Below, one piece after another: positions 36,895-47,459 of a stretch of DNA of 64,000 nt. The notes under the pieces are model-generated. The model did no database searches. It saw only the letters and a list, made by a program, of their open reading frames with translations, and was not told the DNA's origin. Source of the DNA: Eledone cirrhosa (Eukaryota); contig OZ024756.1 in NCBI GenBank assembly GCA_964016885.1, positions 12,400,001-12,464,000 of the forward strand, written 5' to 3'. Each line of letters opens with the position of its first letter. Position 1 is the stretch's first letter. The translations under genes were made by a program, and so were the position numbers.

Positions 36895-38231
36895 CATACA
36901 TACATGGTGGCTGCCAACTCGTTTTCGTGTACGGCCACTACTTTATATCCATGTAGCAGAACCCTTACCAATGCGCTGAACGAGTGTGACATTTTAGTCC
37001 AGCCAGCGACTTGAAAACTCTGGTACAAACACTACACTTGTGACAATCACTGACACATAGTGCTGGGCCCATGGTACCATGTGACGACAAGTGCAGAGAG
37101 ATCTCCAGATATAAAGCAATGCCTGTGCCGTGAAGCTTTTATAGTGAGCAAAGGTACTGCACAAAGCCAGTCCCACTCTCTTAACCAAGATGATATTTAC
37201 CAAAAAGAAGAACATGTCAACATCATTGGATACCATCAGGGTTGCAGGTGTTATATCAGAGTTTTCCTTCTCCTAGATTTCTGCCTTGACAAAGGCTAAG
37301 GGGTCATCTTTCCCGGTGATTTTGGATGGCCATTGACTCTTAAGAGTTCCTTTGCCCTTTGACAGGTTTTGTTTTTAGTCCTGCAGGATGTCCAAAGTCA
37401 CTCTCCTCACCAAGAAACCTTGGTGGGGTTGCCAGTTTAGTCGCCAACGACCCGACCATGAAACAGGTTGTACTGGGATACATGTTACTAGTAGCACCAA
37501 CTGGTGACCTGACATGTGTATGTATATATATATATATATACACACACCGTTTTTTTATTTGATTTGCAAAATTTTTTATCTGAAAACGTGTTGAAATAGA
37601 TATACTTTTGGGAGAGTCGTACTGCCAATAAAAACAGGTGCGTGTGCTTTTATTGGCATCATGACCCTCCCAAAGTATATATATATAGTGTGTAAAATAA
37701 GAAGGGAAAAATATTGATAAAAATGTTGGTGGTCATCATTAAATAAAACTTTGAACAAAATATGCTGACTACGGTTATTTTACTTAGGTTGTTGAAACTA
37801 GTTAAAAAGTTAAACAAACGGTTGCTAAACAGAATTATTCAATATTTTATTAAGATATATACGTGTGTGCGTGTGTATCATTCATAATAGTGGAGTTTTT
37901 TAAAGAAATATACAAAAAAAATAATAATTGTTTCGGCATATGACACAAGGCGAGGAATTTGAAGGGAGCGGAGAAAGTCAATTAAATAGACACAGTGCAT
38001 TACTGGTACTTTATTATATAGACACCGTAAGGCAAGCTAACCTCGGCGACATTTGAACTCAGAAAACGTAAAGGGCCATATCTATATGCCATAAATAATG
38101 TGTAGCCATTTATAGGGGTCCCTCATTCCAAAAGTCAACCGACAATAGATTTCGAAAAAATAGAAAAACGAAAATATCTCGTCACATTCACCAGATTCAT
38201 TTCGTATGTTCTGTTTATATATACATATATA

Positions 38232-38273
<42 letters not shown>

Positions 38274-38616
38274 GTAATATTAATGAGAGTGAATTTTACT
38301 CATTTATGAGGTGTCTTTTAGCTAAGTGCGATGATAGGATTGTACAGAACCGTTATATAGTTCCAGTTTGTTTACAAACCAAAGATTTAAATGTTCAAGG
38401 CATGGAACTCTTAAATGTTTGGTTTCTAAGTAAATTGTAACTATATGTATATATATATATATAAATAAATATATAAATATAAAGAGAGCGAGAAATTCGG
38501 GAACCGGGAAGATCTCGTTCAGTGTAGAGGGAAATGCTGTTATATATACTTATTCATTTCTTCGTTGTATTGTTTGTTTTGTTTCCGTTTACTTTACGCA
38601 TATATACACACAGATA

Positions 38617-38649
<33 letters not shown>

Positions 38650-39276
38650 TATATATACACGCATGCATAAACATCATAGGTTGTTGGGAGCAGCAACGAA
38701 TGCAATATATGGCCATGTGTCGTTGCTATAGTGGGGGAAATGGTCAGTTTCTACCAAAGTATGGGGTTAGCTACTGGGACTTTAGTAGAATAACGGCTTT
38801 AATTCGAAGATATACAACAAATTTGTTGCTTCGTTATATATATATACATTTATATATATCTATATATATATATTTATATATATATATATATAGACACTCA
38901 CACTAAAAAGGCACTGGGCACAGACATTTTAACAGCTTCTTTAAAGACCGCTAATAAACGTAAATTAAAAATATATATGTGTGTCTGTGCGTGTACATAT
39001 ATATATATATATATATAAGCAGAAGGGATATTCAATTTGTTGGTAATTCAACAAATATAAATGTTTATAACTGATTCAGAGCACTCGACAAGTTTTCTGG
39101 CGTATAATATTCAATGATATTAAATATATATAAATGATATTGAATATAAAATAGAATAAATATGGTTTTATAAATAAATATAGTTTCCATTTATTTAAAA
39201 TCATTGTATATATATATTAAATATATATATTATATATATAGGGAGAGACAGAGAGAGGTTACTGTATATTACTTAC

Positions 39277-39327
39277 TGAGTCCTGGCTACTGTATGATAC
39301 AATGTGTTGGATTTTAATCTCTGGCAT
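39277..39327 (-). CDS. XRCC1: XRCC1 coding exon 1 (start codon), 51 nt
   Basis: caaa ATG CCA GAG ATT AAA ATC CAA CAC ATT GTA TCA TAC AGT AGC CAG GAC TCA|gtaagt = MPEIKIQHIVSYSSQDS (human MPEIRLRHVVSCSSQDS). Too short to appear in the ORF track. Confidence 0.96.
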
Positions 39328-39451
39328 TTTGAATCCGTCTTTTAAGATTAATTATTATTATTGCGGCGAATAAAGAAATTATTATTATTATTATAATTAT
39401 ATATATACATATTAAACTAGCACACTATCACATGTATGTATATATATATAC

Positions 39452-39487
<36 letters not shown>

Positions 39488-39558
39488 TCGTATGTATAGA
39501 TGTTTGTATATATTTATTTGTGACTGTATGTATATATATAAATATATATATATATAAC

Positions 39559-39610
<52 letters not shown>

Positions 39611-39654
39611 ATATATATATTTTTGTGTGTATATGTGTTATAAATAATAAACAG

Positions 39655-39715
39655 CCTCGTTTTCGCAAAAGAGTACTTTTATCGATAAGTTATGTCTTTC
39701 TGTGGCGGAAGACTT
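39655..39715 (-). promoter_or_regulatory. Candidate XRCC1 proximal promoter with a DRE palindrome
   Basis: Exact TATCGATA at 39680-39687, flanked by TTTTCGC (39660) and GGCGGAAG (39704). Lies ~350 bp upstream of the ATG in a non-repetitive patch. Confidence 0.4.
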
Positions 39716-40036
39716 GAAATATATCATTTTATTATTCATTGCAAAGTCTGGCCTTGAAAGTGAAAGTAATTATCTGTCTTTAGCGAAAGTATTTACCCCG
39801 ATCATGTCCACCGGGAAAGTGGGCAGCTGATTTGTTTGTTGGACATTTGGAACATATAAGGAGTATCAATAGGCTGTATGTTGCTGTTATATTCGTCGCT
39901 AGAGCGTCATGTAGAATGGCTTGCGGCATTCCTTCAGGACCTTTGTAATTGCAGTTGTCAAAGTTGTCAATATTAACTTCCATCCTTTCAGGGTCGATAA
40001 ATAAAATACCAACCCACTGTCGGAGTTGATTCTTCT

Positions 40037-40102
<66 letters not shown>

Positions 40103-40203
40103 TGTAATAAACAACATAAGGCAATTATTCCATTTACCAGTGGTTTCTTAAAAGCAAAAGATTTTGCTTTCAATCCTCAGAATGAAAAAATCCATTCATA
40201 CAT

Positions 40204-40329
<126 letters not shown>

Positions 40330-40672
40330 CACATAGCTTAGTGGTTAGAGCATTGGCCTTGCAATCGAAAGGTCGTGAGTTCAATTCTCAGATCGGGTGA
40401 TGTGTTGTTTCCTTGAGCAAGAGACTTTATTTTACATTGCTCCAGTTTACTCAGCTGTAGAAATGAGGTCCCTATCATTCCACTGCAAAGTGTACGTGTA
40501 GGCGCCACGGCAAAAAAAGCACTCAGCCCACACTGTAAAGTGGACGTTGAGGTACCACGGCAAAAAAGCACCTGTAAATGAGGTTGGTGTTAGGAAGGGC
40601 ATCCAGCTGTAGAAATCAAGCCAGAATCAGTTCCCATCCCACCTCTGCAAGCAAGGAAAAGCGGACGTTAAA

Positions 40673-42250
40673 TCTCAACACTAAATCTCAACTTACCACT
40701 CTCACCAACCTGAAATCGAGGAACCTCATCTACCTCCCTTCCGACAAGGGAAAGGAATTCTGCGTCATCAACAGAGAGGCCTACAACACCTTGATGATGA
40801 CAGCCTCTACTCTAAAGTCACATGGATCACTCCCACGCAGATTGAGGAGCACATCAACGCCGCCTGGACCAACATCTGCGACCGTCGGAAGCTCCCGAAG
40901 AAGCTTAGAATCAACCTCCTCACGAGGTACAGCAGACTACCCATCTTCTATCACCTCGTGAAAACCCACAAACAGGCCTATTGTATCGAGAAGATCAGGC
41001 CTATTGTATTGAGCGTTGAAGGACCGCTCTACAAAATTTCATGGCTCCTAGCCAGAATACTTACACCCCTACTGGACACCTTGCCAGGACATGTCAACAG
41101 ATCTGAGGAAGTGTTAGAGCGTCTACACCAAATGGATCCTGACACCCAAAGGGATAACAGGTATGCCTTCAGCCTTGACGTGGTCGCTCTGTACACCTCG
41201 GTCCCGGTCGTCAACATACTGACAGAACGTGTTCAATCTACCAACCTACACTGCTTCGGGCTCGCCCCCACTGACATCCACCAGCTCCTATTCGTTGTCA
41301 TTGACAACACATTTCAATTTTCTCAACCACACATACCGACAGACCTTAGGGCTACCCATGTGCTCAAGCCTGTCAGGTGTGCTAGCAATCTCGTACGTGG
41401 ACAGCCTTGAACGCAAGGCACTCAACGTAGTCGCCTTCTCAAGATTCGTGGACGATATGCTCATCCTCACATCTTCCCAGGAGATGGCGAATGGGATTTA
41501 TGAGATGTTCAGCAACACGGACGAGAATATTGAACACCCCAACGACGACGGGTCCCTTGCCTTCCTTGACTTCCGAATCAACATCACGGAGCAGGGAGGG
41601 ATCAACACCAACTTCTATCGCAGGGCAGCCTGCAGGCTCTTGTTCATCCACTACAACTCTGCCCTCCCTAACATTGCCAAAGGAGGGTACATCACGAACG
41701 AGATCACGTGGATTAAAAACAGATGCAGTGATCCCATGAATGGTGTCACCCATACCAAGCGGTTCCACAGGGTGCTGGAGACGAATGGATACCCAGCATC
41801 ATTTACACTAAGGGACAGCAGACGCAAGAGGCAGAGAAACACTCAAGGCAAGTGCTTCCTTAAGATCCTGCACCTGGGCAAGAAAACCACCAACACTATC
41901 TGCAGGGCCATACGGAGGGAGGCCCTCTACGTGCGTAAACAACAGTTCGTTTGGCGCATTGGACAGTTGATGAGGGAACACTGTCAACCAATTTCTCGGG
42001 TTTCCTGGAGAGGCATCTCTGTAGGGAGGGCCCCGAGAGGGCCAAGTGGATGTCGAGGCCCTCCCTACAGAGATGCCTCTCCAGGAAACCCGAGAAATTG
42101 GTTGACAGTGTTCCCTCATCAACTGTCCAATGCACCAAACGAACTGTTGTTTACGCACGTACGTCATATACAAGATAGAATGTGGCAAGTGTAACGACTT
42201 CTACATCGGTAGCACCATCCAGCCACTACATGTCTGGATTAAGAAACATT
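40673..42250 (+). mobile_element. Decayed Penelope-like element A (RT + GIY-YIG)
   Basis: YLPSDKG, KIRPIV, SLDVVALYT, GLPMCSSLS, RFVDD, FLDFRI. At ~42110-42250 one frame reads CSLINCPMHQTNCCLRTYVIYKIECGKCNDFYIGST (GIY-YIG). Confidence 0.88.
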
Positions 42251-42990
42251 TAGTGAGTATGTCCACTGCCAGGAGTGCAGGTGCCAATGTGTAGAGGGAT
42301 ACTACATCTAGGCTGAAGGCATACCTGTTGGATTTGAGGGTGTCAAGTTCTAGTTGGTTGAGTCGCTGGATGACATCCTCCAAGCTGTAACCGTGGCCCG
42401 AGAAGGTTGTCAACAGGGGCTTTAAAATTGTGAAGAGAAGTCAAGAGATTTTATAAGATGGTCCTTCAAAACTAGAGACAATGGATCTAATTTTTAGGTC
42501 GGGTCCTTTGTAGGTTTTGATCAGGTGGTAGAAGTTGGGCAGCCTGCTGTTTCTAGTTATGTAATTGTACCGGAATCTCTTCGGGAGCCTTTATCGGTCA
42601 CAGATGTTGGTTCAGGCAATACTGATCCAGTTCTCTATCAGTGTGGGTGTAATTCCAGTGACTTCTGAGTAGAGACTGTCGTCATTGAGGTGTTAGGCTA
42701 GGTTGTTGTAGGCCTATCTAGTAATAACACAAAACTCTTTTCCCTTGTCTGATGGGAGGTATACAAGGTTCTCAGATCTGAGATTGCTTAGGGTAGCAAG
42801 TTGTTGTAAGTGTATGTTTTTGTAGGATGTTAGTAATGGTAAGTTTTAACCGTGAGAGTTTAGTCTCGAGATCATGGTTGGTGTGTGGAGGGTGTAGTAA
42901 GTTGGGAATTTTGAGTTCATTGTGTAAGTCTTGGAAGTCACTCACATATTCCCCTGTTTTATTATACACATATTCACACACATCTTTCAC
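42251..42990 (-). mobile_element. Diverged Penelope-like fragment related to element A, in convergent orientation
   Basis: Minus strand encodes NLVYLPSDKGKEFCVI and YAFSLDVVSLYT. Confidence 0.8.
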
Positions 42991-43511
42991 TACATAAACT
43001 TATATTTATGCACACACATACAAACATCCCACTAAGCACACATACATATATCATACATCTCACAACAGGCACGTTCTAAATTTTAACATCTTTTCATTTC
43101 ATTTAACTTACATCTGGTCTCCAAACAAACAAGTCAATGCGATCGATTTTTTAAGTCTCTCATCAGGTTACTCCGTTGATAATGGGTCTTTAAACCTGAA
43201 CATATTTGGGATTGTTAAATTTGCTAAGGTAAGATTCTTTTGTTATCTTAGCAATCTTGATTTTCTTTCTAATGCATTGTATGGTTTTTAAAATTATTTA
43301 AATTTGTGTTTCCTATTCAACAATGCTTCAAGCAAACTACAACACTCTGATATATATATAGGACTAGTGTTCGAAACATCAAGACTCTCATTCCAGCTAT
43401 TTCAAGCGTTAAACTAATGTATTTCTTTGATGTATTTTGCTGTTTGTTTTGTTACTTTTGTTATTTCTGTTTACTTTATGTATATATATATATATACATA
43501 AAGTGTATATA

Positions 43512-44615
43512 GACTAAGGTCCTTGTAAGTAGACGAGAAAACAGAACCCAGATCCCCTCAGGGAAATGGCCTTGCTCAGTATGTAGGAAAGGTGTAGGTA
43601 GGAACTCCATTCTCTGCCCCAAATGCAAACAATGGGTACACAAGAGATGTAGCGGGATCTCAGGAAGCTTAATTAAGAATGTAGGCTTCACATATAGTAG
43701 CTGTGCTGGGACAGCAAGCAGCAAACAGGCACAGGAAACAAGTACCACCAATCTCTGGGAGGGCTCTGTAGAAACAGTAGACAGCTTCTGCTACCTAGGT
43801 GACCGAATTAGCAGCGGAGGTGGGTGTTCAGAAAGTACAATAACTAGGGTAAGAACAGGATGGAAGAAGTTCAGGGAACTACTACCACTGCTAGCTGCAA
43901 AAGGCTTCTCCCTCAAAATGAAAGGCAGACTGTATGATGCGTGTATCCGAACAGCAATGTTACATGGTAGTGAGACCTGGGCGCTGAAGGTGGAAGACTT
44001 ACGTAGATTAGAGAGAAACGAAGCCTGCATGCTCTGATGGATGTGTAATAGTAATATACGCGAATGGCAAGGCATAAATGAATTGAGAGAGAGACTGAGA
44101 ATAAGAGGAATCAAATGCTGTGTGCAGGAGAGGCGGTTGTGTTGGTATGGACATGTGATGCGTATGAAGGATGACAGCTGCATAAAAAGGTGCAGAGCAC
44201 TAGAAGTCGATGGGAACCGCGGAGTGGGGAGACCCAAGATGACCTGGGATGAGGTGATAAAAGCCGATCTTACCCAATTACACCTCTCAAAGGGGATGAC
44301 ACACGACCGTGACCTCTGGCGTCACGCAGTAATACAGAGTACCCGACCTCCCATGGGTACAAGCTGAAGCATATAGACAATATGCCCCCACACCCTCCCA
44401 CTGCAAGGTGGTCGTGGAGGTGCCACGGCAAAAAAGCACCCAGCCCACACTGTAAAGTGGACGTGTAGGCGCCACAAAAAAGCACCCAGCACTCACTGTA
44501 AATGAGGTTGGTGTTAGGAAGGGCATCCAGCTGTAGAAATCAAGCCAGAATCAGTTCCTGTCCAACCCTTTCAAGCAGGGAAAAAGCGGACGTAAAATGA
44601 AATGAAAATGAAATG
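43512..44615 (+). mobile_element. RTE LINE 3' fragment ending in a SINE-A-like 3' module
   Basis: KTKVL..PSGKWPC..., ORF 44041-44367, then two 49-bp-type units, ggaagggcatccag and gcggacgtaaaatgaaatg. Confidence 0.85.
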
Positions 44616-46720
44616 ATATATGTATGTACAAGGGCCTGGTAGCTAGATGTGAATATGCTCAATGCCGGCCCTTAGATCGATAAATAATAGAAGTTACTTG
44701 TCTTTATCTCTGAACACCATCTGATGAACTCGGGCTGATATGTTGTGATCATCTAATCAACAACCCCAGAGAAAAAGACAATTACATTCACAGGTCTGGG
44801 GTCAATCTGAGATTGTAGTAAAAGACAATTCGCTCAAGATACCATGCTATGGGATTGAACCTCAAGGTTGTGAAGCGACTATGTCAACAATTTCACCATG
44901 CTATACCCCTTTATCATCATCATCATCACCATTTTACGTCCATTCTTCCACGCTAGCATGGGTTAGACAGGTTGTCCTGTTGAGGGCAGTGTCCGGTCGG
45001 CTGACCTTGTCTTGCTCATACGGGAACTGATTCTGGCTTGATTTCTACTGCTGGATGCCCTTCCTAACACCAACCTCATTTACAGTGAGTGCTGGGTGCA
45101 TTTTTCCGTGGCACCTACACATCCACTTTACAGTGAGTGCTGGGTGCTTTTTTGCCGTGGCACCTCCACGACCACTTTGCAGTGGAATGATAGGGACCCT
45201 AGTCCCTTTCATCTCATTTCTACAGCTGAGTAAACTGGAGCAATGTGAAATAAAGTGTCTTGCTCAAGGGAACAACACATCACCCGGTCTGAGAATTGAA
45301 CTCACAACCTTTATATAGGCAGCAAATTGGCAGAGTTGTTATCACATCAGATAGAATGCTTTATGGTATTGATTGTGGCTCTCTGAGTTCAAATCCTGCT
45401 GAGGCTGACTTTGCTTTTCATCCTTTCCAGGTTGATAAAAAAAGTACCAGTCTAATACTGGGGTTCATTCTTACTCTATATCTCTTTCTCCTTTCCTCTC
45501 TCTCTTGGGTTCTATCTTTCTCTGGAAGAAATCTGCTGAACTCAGGCCTGGAGAGCGATGGCTCTGCCCACATTGTCTTGCCTGCTTCCATTCTGCCTTG
45601 CAGCCAAACTGTGGCGCATGGCCCAGTTTTGGTGCCCTCCTAATCAACCTCTACCCTTCTTGAGATCAAGTGCTGAGTGCACCCACATTGGTCTCCCACA
45701 CTTCAACCACCACCCCTACCACTCACCTTACAATACCAACACCACCCCCACCCACCTTACACCACCATCCCTACCCTACTATACCACCCCACCCATCTTG
45801 CATCACCCCACCCACACACCTTACAACACCCCACCCCACACCTTACAACACCACCCCACCCACATACTTTACAACCACCCACCATAAAAAGAAAAAGAAA
45901 AAAACAATACAAAACAAGAAATCAAGATTTAAAAAAACAACATTTTATTGCTGGAAATTTTTTAAAATATTGTTTTAGTAAACTAAATATAGTCAATGGA
46001 CTAACAGTGATTTAGTAGTCAATGGATGGATTAATAATTGTTTCTACTTTAGGCACAAGGCCAGCAATTACCAGTGCATTACTGGTACTTTATTTTATCG
46101 ACCCCGTAAGGATGAAAGGCAAAGTCAACCTCGGCGGGATTTGAACTCAGATCGTAAAGGGACGTAACTATGCTGGAAAGCATGGCGTCCGACCCTCTAC
46201 TGATACTGCCAATCCACCGCCCTTTGGATGGATGGATTAATAATGATTTAGTAGTCAATGGACAGACTAACAATGATTTAGTAGTCAATGGACGGACTAA
46301 CAATGATTTAGTAGTCAATGGACTAACAAGTTCTATGTAAAGTTATGTTGGTGCCGCGCCATCCAGGCCGAAACAAATGAGATCGTGTAGGTGTCACGAC
46401 AAAAAAACACACAGTCCACGCTGTAATGTGGCCGTGTAGGCAACATGGTAAAAACCTCCCAGACCCACACTGTAAATGTGGTTGGTGTTAGGAAGGGCAT
46501 CCAACTGTAGAAAACCTGCCAGACAGTCCTATGCGAGCAAGACAATCACTCTTGCCTCAAGTGGGACTACCCCCGTCCAAAGCCATGCAAGCGTGGAACA
46601 CGGACGTTAAACGTTGATGATGATGATGATGATGATGGATGGACTAACAGTGATTTCATAGAAAATATCCCAAAACATAGATTTATGTATTTACTATGGA
46701 AAATATTTTTCATTAGAAAG

Positions 46721-46782
<62 letters not shown>

Positions 46783-47459
46783 TAGGTAATTCTGAAGAAA
46801 AAGCAAAGGAAAAAAAGAGTGCTCTATGTATAGAACAGAGCTATTTAATTAGAAAGTGAACAACACAAAATATTACTACTCCATTACCATATATATATAT
46901 ATATATGATCATTTCTTACGAGTGAAACAGTTCTAGTCCTGTATAAGTCATTTCTATAATGAAATGAATATACCTATACTCTACAAACGTATTGAGTACC
47001 TTTTTTAGCAGTAGTCACCTCCCGATTTACATCTGGATTCAACACACATACACTTATGACCACTGTTTTATATAAATATGTATCATCATCATCATCGTCA
47101 TTGTTAGCAAGGGTTGGACGGGTCTACAAAGTCTACTAATGTCCAGGCAGGCAGGCCAGGGATGTGTCGCTCACTCATGTATGGTCGACATTCCACCAAG
47201 TGCACAGGAGAGGTTGCCATGTCTTTGATACAACTGAGGGTCTGCCCAACCCTTTTTTTTATATATACATATCATCATCATCATTGATTAACATCCATTT
47301 TCCATGCTAGCATGGGTATAATGTGCTGTCCCATTGTGAGACATTCAGGACAAAGGACCGTGTTTTGCTCACACACAACTGATTTGGGCTTGGCTTCTAT
47401 GGCTGGATGCCCTTCCTATATATATATAAATATATATAATGTATAATAAACAATACAAT

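Noticed and set aside
36900-37520. Possible exon or ncRNA in XRCC1 intron 1
   Set aside because: No coherent ORF or splice signals. It is bounded by microsatellites and is probably an unclassified repeat that I cannot assign.
42095-42115. In-frame TGA before the Cys-rich linker as selenocysteine, as reported for some PLEs
   Set aside because: The element is frameshifted and decayed, the TGA is not clearly at a Cys position, and no SECIS was recognised.
45480-45890. GC-richer non-repetitive patch as an exon
   Set aside because: No convincing splice-site pair and no recognisable protein similarity; it runs into a low-complexity CA-rich tract.
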